From: Longimicrobiales bacterium
GTDB lineage: Bacteria; Gemmatimonadota; Gemmatimonadetes; Longimicrobiales; Gaopeijiaceae
Direction of reading: 5' to 3'
Length of the DNA stretch: 64,000 nt
Assembly (NCBI GenBank): GCA_965249725.1
Contig: OZ252251.1
Span: 160,001-224,000, forward strand
In this document: one piece after another, positions 38,093 to 48,008 of the stretch
Layout of the letters: every line of letters begins with the position of its first letter
How positions within the stretch are numbered: position 1 is the first letter of the stretch
The notes under the pieces: model-generated
What the model saw: the letters and a program-made list of their open reading frames with translations, nothing else
What the model was told of the DNA's origin: nothing
The model's database searches: none
Translations under genes and position numbers: made by a program

Positions 38093-38651
38093 ACTCCCCG
38101 CTGCTGTCGTCGGCGAACTTGACCTGCGGCACGGCCTTTTCGGCCTCCGGGATCTCGAAGAACTCCCGCTCGGCGAAATTGAAGCTCTTTGCGACGATGT
38201 TCGACGGTACCGAGTGAATCTTCGTGTTGTAGTCGCGCACCACCGCATTGTAGTAACGACGCGCGTTCTGGAGGGAATCCTCGAGGTCGGCCAGCGTTCC
38301 CTGGAGGTCCTGGAACCCTCCGGCGGCCTTCAGGTCCGGATACGCTTCGGCTAGGGCGAACAACGACTTGAGGGCCCCGGTCAGCATTCCCTCGGCCTGC
38401 CCCTTCTGGGCGGGCCCCTGAGCGGACATGGCGGACGATCGCGCCTGCACCACTGCCTCGAGCGTCTTCTGCTCGTGGGTCGCATACCCCTTGACGGTCT
38501 CCACGACGTTCGGAATCAGGTCGTATCTGCGCTTGAGCTGGACATCGATGTCCGCCCACGCAGCGTCGGCCTGTTCTCTGAGTTTCACGAGGGAGTTGTA
38601 CAGCCCGACGCCACCGAGAACGACAGCGCCCACAACGATCAATTCCCACAT
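38079..38651 (-). CDS. lemA: LemA family protein
   Basis: YNSLV, WADIDVQLKRRYDLIPN, AEAYPDLKA, ARRYYN. Confidence 0.93.
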   Translation of the reverse strand: MWELIVVGAVVLGGVGLYNSLVKLREQADAAWADIDVQLKRRYDLIPNVVETVKGYATHEQKTLEAVVQARSSAMSAQGPAQKGQAEGMLTGALKSLFALAEAYPDLKAAGGFQDLQGTLADLEDSLQNARRYYNAVVRDYNTKIHSVPSNIVAKSFNFAEREFFEIPEAEKAVPQVKFADDSSGESSGG

Positions 38652-38937
38652 TTGGACCCTCCTACCCGAGGAGTGAGGGGACGGGCGGAACCTGAAGCAG
38701 AATAGGCCTGCTCTGTCCCAACTGCAAAGGAATACGGTCCACGCCCCGTTCCTCTTCTCAGATCCCCTTCTGAGAGTCCCGGGGAGGGTTTACCAGCCCA
38801 AGCGCCCCGTCTAACTTCAGGGTCCACTCCCGGGGTCGTTCCAGAGGGCCGAATCCGGGCACGAACATGTGGAATCCTGACCAGCCCACTCGCGTGTCAG
38901 TCGGCGATCGGGCTCGTTCTTCGAGAGAGGGTAGGGC

Positions 38938-40341
38938 GTGTCAGAGAAGAGCTTCGACGTTCTCGTCATCGGTGCCGGCCCCGGTGGTTACGTGGCGGCC
39001 ATACGAGCGGGACAGTTGGGCCTGAGCGCGGCGTGCGTCGAGGAAGACAAGCTTGGCGGGGTCTGCCTGAACATCGGCTGTATTCCGACCAAGGCCCTAC
39101 TCACGAGTGCCGCACTCGTCAACGAGCTGAAGACGGCGGGATCTCACGGCATCACGTTCGATGAGGTCAACACGGCCCTGGGCCCGGCGCAGGAACGAAG
39201 CCAGGCCATCGCCGGTCAGTTGAGCAAGGGCGTGGCACACCTGTTCAAGAAGAACAAGGTGGCTCACATCGAGGGGCGTGGTCGCCTTCTGGGTGGCGGC
39301 AAGGTCGAGGTCGAGGGTCCGGACGGCTCTAAGGAGTCCTACTCGGCATCGCACATCATTCTCGCCACCGGATCGCGGCCGAGGGACATTCCCGTGCTGC
39401 CCATCGACGAAGAGCGCGTCTGGTCGTCGACCGGGGCGCTGTTCCAGACCGAAGCCCCGGAGTCGCTCGCCGTGGTCGGCGCCGGCGCCGTCGGCATGGA
39501 GTTCGCCGACGTCTTCAACGCCTACGGCACCAAGGTCACGGTGATCGAGGCGCTGGATCGAATTCTGCCGCTCGAGGACAAGGAGTCCTCGGCGACAGTG
39601 CAGCGGAGCTTCAAGAAGCGAGGGGTGGATTTCCACACCTCCGCGATGGTCGAGGCGGCCGAGATCGGCGAGAAATCGGTTCTCCTGACGTTCAAGGACA
39701 AGAAGGGTGAAGAGCAGACCCTGGCCGTACAGCACGTTCTCTCGGCGGTGGGTCGGGTACCGAACTCCTCGGACCTCGGTCTCGAGGCGGCCGGCGTTCA
39801 GCTCGACGAGCGCGGGTTCTTCGCGGTCGACGACTACCTGCAGACCAATGTTCCGGGTGTCTACGCGCTGGGCGACTGTGCGGGCAAGCAGCTCCTGGCC
39901 CACAAGGCCATGCACGAAGGCGTGATCTGTGTTGAGGCGATCGCCGGCGTGGGCCACGGCCCTGTCGACTACGGCAATGTCCCGAACTGTACCTACTGCC
40001 ATCCCGAAGTGGCCTCGATCGGGCTCACCGAGCAGCAGGCGCTCGACGAGGGCTATGAGATCGAGGTGGGCAAGTTCCCCTGGCTCGGCAACGGCCGGGC
40101 GTTGGCCGGAGGACACACCGAAGGCTTCGTGAAGGTGATCCGCGACAAGAAGTACTCGGAAATCCTGGGTGCCCACATCGTCGGACCCCACGCCACGGAG
40201 CTCATTGGAGAATTCGTCGTCGGGCGCCATCTCGAGTCTACCGTCGACGAGATGGACCGGGCGATGCATCCGCACCCGACCCTGTCCGAGGCCATTGCGG
40301 AAGGGGCCTTGGCGGCGCTGGGTCGACCGATCCACATTTAG
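38938..40341 (+). CDS. lpdA: Dihydrolipoyl dehydrogenase (E3)
   Basis: GAGPGGY, GGVCLNIGCIPTK, HPHPTLSE. Confidence 0.96.
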   Translation: MSEKSFDVLVIGAGPGGYVAAIRAGQLGLSAACVEEDKLGGVCLNIGCIPTKALLTSAALVNELKTAGSHGITFDEVNTALGPAQERSQAIAGQLSKGVAHLFKKNKVAHIEGRGRLLGGGKVEVEGPDGSKESYSASHIILATGSRPRDIPVLPIDEERVWSSTGALFQTEAPESLAVVGAGAVGMEFADVFNAYGTKVTVIEALDRILPLEDKESSATVQRSFKKRGVDFHTSAMVEAAEIGEKSVLLTFKDKKGEEQTLAVQHVLSAVGRVPNSSDLGLEAAGVQLDERGFFAVDDYLQTNVPGVYALGDCAGKQLLAHKAMHEGVICVEAIAGVGHGPVDYGNVPNCTYCHPEVASIGLTEQQALDEGYEIEVGKFPWLGNGRALAGGHTEGFVKVIRDKKYSEILGAHIVGPHATELIGEFVVGRHLESTVDEMDRAMHPHPTLSEAIAEGALAALGRPIHI

Positions 40342-40481
40342 GAAGCACGATTGCAGGTAGGACGTAGGGCTTTTGGTAGGAAGCAGGACCTCTAGATCCC
40401 CGCCATCGACTGCTGCAGTTCAGCGAAACCGACAGGCCCCCCCAGGGGCAGGCAAGCCTACGGGAATAAGGAGGTGAGCAA

Positions 40482-40994
40482 ATGCCTCATACCGACGACG
40501 TGGAAGCGCCTCGAGCGTCCAATATCGACGCGCCGGCGCTTAGAGACTGGAGCAGCGAGGACGAGCGTGCGATGAGAGTGTGGATCGCCCTCGCACGCTG
40601 CTACGCCACTTTTTCCCGCTCCGTGACGTGTAGAGTCAGCGAGTACGGTGTCACCGCTCCGCAGTTCGGCATCCTCGAAGCTCTGTTGCACCTCGGACCG
40701 CTGTCCCTCGGCGAGCTCGCGGACAAGCTGTTGGTTACCGGCGGCAACGTTACCTACGTGATGAACCGTCTCGAGGAGCAGGGGCTGGTCTACCGTGACC
40801 GGTCAGCGCCAGATTGGCGGATCGTTCAAGCCAAGCTCACACCAGAGGGACGGCGCATCATTTCAGACGCCTTCCCGCAGCATGCGAGCTTCATCGGCGA
40901 GTTGACGGCCGAGCTGGATCCGGAGGAGCAAGAGACCCTGCGAGTGTTGCTCAAGAAGCTGGGGAAGGGACTCGCCTCGGCCGAGGACTGCTGA
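40482..40994 (+). CDS. MarR family transcriptional regulator
   Basis: GVTAPQFGILEAL, LLVTGGNVTYVMNRLE, LTPEG; GGAGG RBS. Confidence 0.9.
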   Translation: MPHTDDVEAPRASNIDAPALRDWSSEDERAMRVWIALARCYATFSRSVTCRVSEYGVTAPQFGILEALLHLGPLSLGELADKLLVTGGNVTYVMNRLEEQGLVYRDRSAPDWRIVQAKLTPEGRRIISDAFPQHASFIGELTAELDPEEQETLRVLLKKLGKGLASAEDC

Positions 40995-41014
40995 ACGGGC
41001 GGGGAGCCGGTGCC

Positions 41015-42247
41015 CTAGGAGCCTTCGCCCTCGGGAAGTGCGGTCTCCATCCCTCGGATCTGCATGATCCGCACGAGGGCTTCGCCGATCTTGTTGTTGG
41101 GGGTCGACGCGCCCGCGGTCATCCCGAGGTCGAAGGGCCCGTCCGGCAGCCAGTCCGTTTCCATTTGCTCTGGAGTGGCACCCCCCAGATCAGGCTTGTG
41201 GCGAATGGTGCCCTTTTCGACATCGATACAGGCCGCATCCTCGATGTGATACGTGGCGGTGAACTCCCTACAGAGATGTGCCAGGTGGTCGGTATTGGAG
41301 GAGTTGTACCCGCCGAGAACGATCATGACCTCGGGTGGCCCCTCTCCCATCATCATCTCGATAGCGTCCTGACGCTCCTGCGTGGCCGAGCAAATGGTCC
41401 CGAAGGAGCGGAAACACTGCTCGGCCTCCTCCTCGCCGCGGCCCTCGACCATCGCATCCCGGATCCGAGCACCGATCGCGAGTGACTCATTGGCGAGCAT
41501 GGTCGTCTGGTTCGCCACACCGATCTTGAGAAGGTCGACGTCGGGATCGAACCCATCAGACGTCTTCTTGGCGAAGTGTTCGATGAACGCCTCACGGGAA
41601 AGACGATCCGGCCGACCGGCGATGTAGTCACAGAGGATCTCGGACTCGGACATATCGCGCACGATGATGTAGGTGCCGCCGTCGTGCCGTCGCACCTGAG
41701 AGGCCGTCGCCCGGGACTCTTCGTGGTAGTGCTTTCCGTGAATCACGGCTGTGAATCCGTCCCTGGCGTAGCTTTCGACCCGCTTCCAGACCAGGAGCAC
41801 GGACCCGCATGTCGTGTCCACGAGCACACAGCCGATGTCTCGCAGGGTGCTGAAGTCACCCATGGTCACACCGAAGGCCGGCATGACGACGACGTCCTCC
41901 TCCGTCAGATGCGAGAAATCGAACGTGCCTGATGCGTCCGGCTGAATGAACTCCATCCCCATGTCGCGGATGCGCTGGTTCACGTGGGGATTGTGGATGA
42001 TCTCGCCGACCAGGTGAATGCGGCGGTCCGGGAACTTGTGCCGAGTCTCGTAGGCGTAGTCGATGGCCCGGTCGACGCCGTAGCAGAAGCCGAACTCCTC
42101 GGCCAGCCGCACCGTCACGTCGCCCATGACCTTGGTGTTGCCGCCGCTGCGGATGCTCTGCACGAGTGCCGAGTGGTACTCGGAATCGATAAGGGGTTGT
42201 ACCTCGGCCTTGAGGCCGAATCCCTTACGAAAATACGTCCCTTCCAT
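41015..42247 (-). CDS. ispH: 4-hydroxy-3-methylbut-2-enyl diphosphate reductase
   Basis: FGFCYGVDRA, IIHN, DTTC, HEE, TICSATQERQ, SSNT, TAGASTP. Confidence 0.95.
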   Translation of the reverse strand: MEGTYFRKGFGLKAEVQPLIDSEYHSALVQSIRSGGNTKVMGDVTVRLAEEFGFCYGVDRAIDYAYETRHKFPDRRIHLVGEIIHNPHVNQRIRDMGMEFIQPDASGTFDFSHLTEEDVVVMPAFGVTMGDFSTLRDIGCVLVDTTCGSVLLVWKRVESYARDGFTAVIHGKHYHEESRATASQVRRHDGGTYIIVRDMSESEILCDYIAGRPDRLSREAFIEHFAKKTSDGFDPDVDLLKIGVANQTTMLANESLAIGARIRDAMVEGRGEEEAEQCFRSFGTICSATQERQDAIEMMMGEGPPEVMIVLGGYNSSNTDHLAHLCREFTATYHIEDAACIDVEKGTIRHKPDLGGATPEQMETDWLPDGPFDLGMTAGASTPNNKIGEALVRIMQIRGMETALPEGEGS

Positions 42248-42358
42248 GAGCCTCCAGCTCCGGGCACGGCGACTGCGGCCTCATCGATGCCGCGGGACCA
42301 AAACTAATGGTCCGCCCGCTTCAGGCGAAGCTATGGGCCACAGGGAGGCGACGGGAGG

Positions 42359-43540
42359 CTAGCCCAGCTCGAGCACCTCGGCGAACACGTCCGTGGCGAG
42401 CGTCATCTCTGCCTGGGTTCCCATGGTGATGCGGGCGTGATTGGGCAGGAGCGGGTTCACATCACCGATCTGTACCCCTCGCTCGAGACAACCGGCCCGG
42501 AACTCCAGGGCAGAGCGGCCGACGTCGACCAGGATGAAGTTCGCCTGTGAGTCGGTGTCTTCGAAGCCCGCGTCATGGAAGAACTGCCGGGTGTAGTCCC
42601 GCACGGCGGCGTTTCGGGCTTGTTCCTGCATGACCGGTCCGAGCCCACGCTCGAGCGCGGCCACCACTCCGACCCTGCCGGGCAGGTTCATGGAGCGATC
42701 CGGGCCACGCAGTTCGGTCCACTTGGCCACGGTGTCCGCGTGTGCGACCGCGAAACCGATGCGCAGGCCCGCCAGTCCGTATGCCTTCGAGAAGGTCCGG
42801 GTCACCATGACGTTTGGGTTCTCTACGGCGATGGGGATCGCGCTCTCGTGATCCGGGTCGGTCACATAGTGGTGATAGGCCTCATCGACCAGCACCATCG
42901 TGCCCGGCGAGCGGCGGTGTACGCGCTCGATGAAGTCCCGGGTGTTCGAGTCCGAAGTTATGGTCGCGGTCGGGTTGTTCGGATTGCAGTGGACGACGAG
43001 TCCGGCCCCGTCGCACGCGTCGATCATGGCGTCGAGGTCGCTCCGGTGATTGCCATCGAGTGGGACTCGTCGCACCTCGGCTCCGAGGAAGGCCGCGTAT
43101 GCCGCCGCCGACTCGAAGGTGGGGTGCGGGCTCACAACCGGCCGGTCCGCCGATGTGTAGAGGTCGGCGGCAAGGCGCAGGACCTCGGAAGAGCCGGTTC
43201 CGAGGCGGACGTTGTTCTCGGCCACTCCGTGAGCCTCGGCGACCGCGGCCCGCGTCTCGTTCACCTGCGCGAACATGTACCGAGCGGCCCCCGCGCCGTC
43301 CGGACCGAGGATCCCCCGCATGGCAGCAAGGACGTGCTCGCCGGGCCCGAGAGGATTCTCGTTGCTGCTGAGAATGATGTTGCTCGTCTGGGGGAGGGCG
43401 AAGGGGTCGGTCGTACGCCCGTCGTGCAAAGCGCTCGCCCAGGCCTCGTGTCCTCTCGCCGAGATGTAAGCCGCACCGAGGCCCATGGTCGTGACGAAGG
43501 ACCGTCGCGAAACCGGGGCGCCCCGCCTCCGGCCACTCAT
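42359..43540 (-). CDS. HisC-like class I/II PLP aminotransferase with a Tat signal
   Basis: SRRSFV plus h-region plus AWA; NENPLG, CNPNNPT, DEAY, RTFSKAYGLAGLRIG. Confidence 0.88.
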   Translation of the reverse strand: MSGRRRGAPVSRRSFVTTMGLGAAYISARGHEAWASALHDGRTTDPFALPQTSNIILSSNENPLGPGEHVLAAMRGILGPDGAGAARYMFAQVNETRAAVAEAHGVAENNVRLGTGSSEVLRLAADLYTSADRPVVSPHPTFESAAAYAAFLGAEVRRVPLDGNHRSDLDAMIDACDGAGLVVHCNPNNPTATITSDSNTRDFIERVHRRSPGTMVLVDEAYHHYVTDPDHESAIPIAVENPNVMVTRTFSKAYGLAGLRIGFAVAHADTVAKWTELRGPDRSMNLPGRVGVVAALERGLGPVMQEQARNAAVRDYTRQFFHDAGFEDTDSQANFILVDVGRSALEFRAGCLERGVQIGDVNPLLPNHARITMGTQAEMTLATDVFAEVLELG

Positions 43541-44757
43541 TCTGGGGCCTCCGGTGAGGCGTCGGAAGGCCCTTCGGTGGGCGCCTCGGCGGGCTCCTCC
43601 GTTGAAGCATCGGAAGGCGCCTCGGCGGGCGTCTCGGCGGGCGCCTCCGGTGACGTATCGGCGGGTGCATCGACGCCGAGCACGTCGGCGAAGACCCTAC
43701 ACGCCCGACGCATCTCGTCCATGGTCCCGAAGGAGATCCGGCAGTGCGTCTTCTCCATGGGGGGGAAGTCGCGAGCCACCAGCACGTGCCGCTCGGCGCA
43801 GGCCGCTCGGAAGGAGGCCGCGGGACGCCCCAGTTCCACGAACATGAAGTTGGCCTGCGACTCGGGCACGCGGAAACCCGATCGTTCGAAGAAGTCGGTG
43901 ACGTAGTTGCGGACATCGGCGTTGCGGGCACGCTCGCGCTCGATGTGCCCCGGGTCTTGCAGCGAGGCGACCGCGGCTGCCATCACCAACACGTTGGTGT
44001 TGGCCGACATCTGGTTCAGGCGCATGGTCTCCATCGTGTCCACGTGCCCGACCCCGTATCCGAGCCGTAGTCCCGCCATGCCGTAGGCCTTCGAGAACGT
44101 ACGAGCGACCACCACGTTGGGGCGCTGCGTTGCGAACGGAATCGCGGTTCGGTGAGCCGGATCGGTCACGTAGTCGTGGTACGCCTCGTCGACCAGAATC
44201 ACCGTCTCGGGCGAGCCCCGGTGCACCTCGGTGACGAATTGCTCGATCGCCGTGGCGGGATGCAGCGTGGCCGTCGGGTTGTTCGGGTTGCACAGGTAGA
44301 CCAGGCCAGCGCCCTGGGCCGCCTCGACCATGGCGGCGAGGTCGAGCCTCAGGTCGGCGTCGAGCGGCACCGCACGCCACGGGTAGCCGAACTGCTCGGC
44401 GGCCACGATCGGGGCGTCGAAGGAAAGCCCACTCGTGATCACGGACCGGTCCGGACTAGCGAACATCCGCACGGCGCTGCGCAGGATCTCGCTCGAGCCC
44501 AACCCGAGCGCGATGTGTTCAGGGGTGGTCTCGTAGTGGGCGGCTAGGGACGAGAGCAGATCGACGTGGCTCGGGCTGCTGTTGAACGGGTAGCGACCCG
44601 CCTGATCGAACATATCGACCACCGCACCCATGGCCGTCGGGCCGGGACCGAGTGGGTTCTCGTTCCCGTCGATCTTGATGTCTCCGGGCGCCGGAGCCGA
44701 CCTCTGGTCTTCGGGGGTAGGCCGTGCGGTCAAAAGGGCCCGTCTCGATACGAGCAT
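43537..44757 (-). CDS. HisC-like class I/II PLP aminotransferase, twin-Arg N-terminus lacking an h-region
   Basis: SRRALL; NENPLG, CNPNNPT, DEAY, RTFSKAYGMAGLRLG; acidic 4-aa periodic tail. Confidence 0.88.
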   Translation of the reverse strand: MLVSRRALLTARPTPEDQRSAPAPGDIKIDGNENPLGPGPTAMGAVVDMFDQAGRYPFNSSPSHVDLLSSLAAHYETTPEHIALGLGSSEILRSAVRMFASPDRSVITSGLSFDAPIVAAEQFGYPWRAVPLDADLRLDLAAMVEAAQGAGLVYLCNPNNPTATLHPATAIEQFVTEVHRGSPETVILVDEAYHDYVTDPAHRTAIPFATQRPNVVVARTFSKAYGMAGLRLGYGVGHVDTMETMRLNQMSANTNVLVMAAAVASLQDPGHIERERARNADVRNYVTDFFERSGFRVPESQANFMFVELGRPAASFRAACAERHVLVARDFPPMEKTHCRISFGTMDEMRRACRVFADVLGVDAPADTSPEAPAETPAEAPSDASTEEPAEAPTEGPSDASPEAPE

Positions 44758-44777
44758 GTTCCCTCCAGGTGCATCGT

Positions 44778-44813
44778 GCTGCGGACTCGGCTGCGGACTC
44801 GGCTGCGGAGTCG
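44778..44813. repeat. 12-bp tandem repeat GCTGCGGACTCG x3
   Basis: Read directly, intergenic. Confidence 0.85.
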
Positions 44814-44917
44814 ACGAACGAGGTGCCGTCCAGGTTTGATCTAGGGCGGGGACAAGTCAAGTGCGGACGGCCGTAGGTGCGAGGACCAGCACGGAGGGCA
44901 CGGTGTACGCACGGGTC

Positions 44918-45394
44918 ATGAACGTTCTCGCCACACTCGCCCTCCTCTTCGTCATCGTCCCGCTACTCGAGCTCGCTCTGTTGATCGAGGTGGGGCAGAT
45001 CGTCGGTTTCTTGCCCACGATGGCGTTGGTGGTGTTCACGGGGGTGACGGGCGCCTGGTTGGCCCGTCTCGAGGGGCTGAGAACGCTTTGGAAGCTCCGT
45101 GAGGACCTGGCCCGCGGCAAGCTGCCCGGCCAGGCGATTATGGACGGGATGAGCATACTCGTGGGTGGCGCACTCCTCCTCACGCCCGGGATTCTGACCG
45201 ACTTCGTCGGATTCAGCCTGCTCTTTCCCTTCACTCGCCGTGCCATCCAACGCCGGGTACGGAAGCGCCTGGAGCAGAGCATTCAAGAGGGCGCGATCCA
45301 AATGACCGTTATGGATGGTCGGGGATGGTCACCCCCTCCGCAGGAGAGCGCTCCCTGGGAGAAGCCGGAGAACGAGCTGAACCGGGGGGATTAG
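44918..45394 (+). CDS. fxsA: FxsA family membrane protein
   Basis: IVPLLELALLI, GGALLLTPGILTDFVG; alternative GTG start at 44903. Confidence 0.88.
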   Translation: MNVLATLALLFVIVPLLELALLIEVGQIVGFLPTMALVVFTGVTGAWLARLEGLRTLWKLREDLARGKLPGQAIMDGMSILVGGALLLTPGILTDFVGFSLLFPFTRRAIQRRVRKRLEQSIQEGAIQMTVMDGRGWSPPPQESAPWEKPENELNRGD

Positions 45395-45439
45395 GCGCCA
45401 CCCCTTGAGCGGGCTGTCCGGACCAGTAGTTTCCGAACC

Positions 45440-46510
45440 ATGAATGAACCCACCCCTTTTCTCGAGAGCCTTCTCGATGCACCCGGGCCCTCGGGCTTCG
45501 AAGTCCTCCCGGCTCGTGTATGGCGAGCCGAAGCCGAGACGTTCGCGGATACGGTCACCACTGATGTGAGTGGCAACACCCTCGCGCTCGTGAACCCCGA
45601 CGGTAGGCCGAGCGTGATGATGGCAGGGCATATCGACGAGATCGGCCTCCAGATCACCCACATCGACGAGAAGGGCATCCTATATATCGCCGGTATCGGC
45701 GGATGGGATCCTCAGGTCTTGGTCGGACAGCGCGTTCGGATTCTGGGGCGGTCCGGCGAGGTGCCAGGCGTTGTGGGGAAGAAGGCGATCCACCTCATCA
45801 AGCCCGAGGAACGCACGAAGGCGTCGGAGATGGGCCAGCTCTGGATCGACGTGGGGGTGACGTCGGCCGACGAGGCCGCCGCCTTGGGGCTGCGGGTGGG
45901 TGATCCGCTCGTGATCGATGCTCAGATGGTACGGCTTGCCGGAGACCGAGTGGCCAGTCGCGCCATCGACAACCGCATCGGTGCATACGTGGTGCTCGAG
46001 GCGCTGCGAATGCTCTCCAAGTCGTCACCTACCGCGTCGGCCGTGGCGGTGGCCACGGTCCAAGAGGAGATCGGTGGCAAGTCCGGGGGCGGAGCCCAGA
46101 GCAGCGCCTTCCACATCGATCCCGATGTGGCGCTCGTCGTGGACGTGACGTTCAGCACCGACGTACCGGACGTCGAGAAGAAGGAGCTCGGGGACCACAA
46201 TCTCGGTGGCGGACCCGTGCTCAGCCGGGGCTCCGCGGCGCATCCCATGGTGTTCGACCGCCTGGTAGAGGTGGCCGAGGCCGAGGGGATTCCCTACACG
46301 ATCCAGGCTCAGCCCAAGTACACGAGTACGGATGCGGACTCCATCTACCTGAGTCGGGGCGGGGTTCCCACGGGTCTCGTATCGGTCCCCAACCGCTACA
46401 TGCACTCGCCCAACGAGGTCGTGAGTCTCGCGGACCTCGACAGCACGGCGCGTCTGTTGGCGGCCTTTGTGCAGGGGCTCGACGGCGACACGGACTTCAC
46501 TCCGCTCTAA
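45440..46510 (+). CDS. M42 family metalloaminopeptidase
   Basis: GPSGFE, GHIDEIG, DNR, QEEIG, DVT, RYMHSP. Confidence 0.92.
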   Translation: MNEPTPFLESLLDAPGPSGFEVLPARVWRAEAETFADTVTTDVSGNTLALVNPDGRPSVMMAGHIDEIGLQITHIDEKGILYIAGIGGWDPQVLVGQRVRILGRSGEVPGVVGKKAIHLIKPEERTKASEMGQLWIDVGVTSADEAAALGLRVGDPLVIDAQMVRLAGDRVASRAIDNRIGAYVVLEALRMLSKSSPTASAVAVATVQEEIGGKSGGGAQSSAFHIDPDVALVVDVTFSTDVPDVEKKELGDHNLGGGPVLSRGSAAHPMVFDRLVEVAEAEGIPYTIQAQPKYTSTDADSIYLSRGGVPTGLVSVPNRYMHSPNEVVSLADLDSTARLLAAFVQGLDGDTDFTPL

Positions 46511-46556
46511 GGCTGAGGTCCGCCCGAATAGGGCCTCCGCACCCCCCCCGGGCGCC

Positions 46557-46585
46557 TTGACCCTCAGAGGGCTCTCTTCTACCCT
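46557..46585 (+). promoter_or_regulatory. Putative sigma70 promoter of the GAF gene
   Basis: TTGACC-N17-TACCCT. Confidence 0.4.
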
Positions 46586-46651
46586 TCCGGTCCAGCAAGG
46601 ACGCTGGAAACCTGGGGATTTCCCCGTGAAACAGAACTGGAACCGAAGCGC

Positions 46652-47122
46652 ATGCTAGAAGTGAATGAACTGGTAGGCGAACTGCAGAGCCTGAGAGACG
46701 ATGGCTTCCTCTCGGACGCTCTTCTTCGCCATGCCGTGAAGGGCATCGGAGCGGCCGACGAGCGATTCGACTGGGTGGGTGTCTACCTGCTGAACACCGA
46801 AGAGAACGTCCTCTGGCTGCACAACTACGTCGGCAAGCCGACCACGCATGCCAAGATCCCGGTGGGCGAGGGAATCTGTGGCACCGCGGTGGCGACGGGC
46901 GAAAACGTCAACGTGCCCGACGTGAAGGCAGTGGATCACTACATCGCGTGTGATCCGCGAGTGAAGTCGGAAATGGTCGTGCTCATTCGGGCCGGTGACG
47001 ACATCCTCGGCCAGATCGACTTGGACAGCAGGACCGCCGCGGCTTTCACGGACGATGACGACACGGCGGTACAGTTGGTAGCGGACAAGTTGGCGGAGCA
47101 GCTGGCTGCGGAGCGCCGCTAA
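46652..47122 (+). CDS. GAF domain protein, free methionine-R-sulfoxide reductase (fRMsr)-like
   Basis: DWVGVY, GEGICG, YIACD, SEMVV, DLDS. Confidence 0.8.
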   Translation: MLEVNELVGELQSLRDDGFLSDALLRHAVKGIGAADERFDWVGVYLLNTEENVLWLHNYVGKPTTHAKIPVGEGICGTAVATGENVNVPDVKAVDHYIACDPRVKSEMVVLIRAGDDILGQIDLDSRTAAAFTDDDDTAVQLVADKLAEQLAAERR

Positions 47123-47131
47123 TAAACGCCC

Positions 47132-47857
47132 GTGAGGCCCCGCTGCGTCGTAGCTGACAACCCGGGCCCGTTCACGCTAGACGGGACCCGTACTTATCTG
47201 GTAGGTCACGAGCGCGTGGCCATCATCGATCCCGGCCCTTATGTGGATAGCCACGTAAGGGCCGTCGTGCGTGCTGTAGGTGATGCCGAGCAGGTTTGGG
47301 TGCTGCTCACGCATGGGCATGCCGACCATTCGGGGGCCGCCGAGGCGGTGGCAAGCGAGCTGGGGGCGGAGATCCTCGGTGTGGGCGTGCCGGGCGCTCG
47401 GGCACTGGGTGACTCCGAGGTGGTCGAGACCGATCAGGGTCGCATTGCCAGCGTCGATACGCCGGGGCACAGTCGGGAGCACGTCACCTTCCACTGGATC
47501 GAAGCCGAGGCGGGGTTTCCGGGGGATGTCGTCCTGGGCCTGGGTGAGACCACGTGGGTAGGTGAGTACGAGGGGTGTGTGGCTCACTATCTCGACTCGC
47601 TCGAACGGCTGCGGGCCCTGGGGCTCCGGACGCTCTATCCGGGGCATGGGCCAGCGATCGAAGCCCCCGGGGCGACGCTCGATGCGTTCGAGGCTCATCG
47701 ACGGGAGCGGATCAGGCAGGTGCGCGAGCTGTTGGATGTGCGACCTGGGGCCACCACCGACGAGTTGGTGGCCGAGGTGTACGGGAGCGCGATCCCGGCG
47801 GGGTTGGAGGGTGCGGCGCTGAAGAGCATGCAGGCGATCCGGGAGTTCCTGGGCTAG
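47132..47857 (+). CDS. MBL-fold metallo-hydrolase
   Basis: NPGPFTLDGTRTY, THGHADH, TPGH, PGHG. Confidence 0.9.
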   Translation: MRPRCVVADNPGPFTLDGTRTYLVGHERVAIIDPGPYVDSHVRAVVRAVGDAEQVWVLLTHGHADHSGAAEAVASELGAEILGVGVPGARALGDSEVVETDQGRIASVDTPGHSREHVTFHWIEAEAGFPGDVVLGLGETTWVGEYEGCVAHYLDSLERLRALGLRTLYPGHGPAIEAPGATLDAFEAHRRERIRQVRELLDVRPGATTDELVAEVYGSAIPAGLEGAALKSMQAIREFLG

Positions 47858-48008
47858 CGACCGGGGGTCGCCCAATCAAAGAGCCGGGCGTCGCAATCAC
47901 AACGCCTGTCTTAAGCCGAGTGCGCGGCTTACTCTGGTTTCCTACGCTGGAGATGCAGCTCGGCGCCAGCGAAAGAGCCGTCAATCCACCGACAACACGG
48001 GGGCGCAG

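Noticed and set aside
38688..38711. TPP riboswitch-like GAACCTGA...CCTGC upstream of lpdA
   Set aside because: No preceding CTGAGA element or correct P4/P5 sequence
39097..40335. Long antisense or alternate-frame ORFs (e.g. 39097-40335, 42575-43906, 49286-50500, 9450-10595, 5124-6071)
   Set aside because: Shadow ORFs of well-supported genes, expected in high-GC DNA; no motifs
46618..46633. parS-like ATTTCCCCGTGAAACA
   Set aside because: Three mismatches, all in one half-site including the core; probably chance
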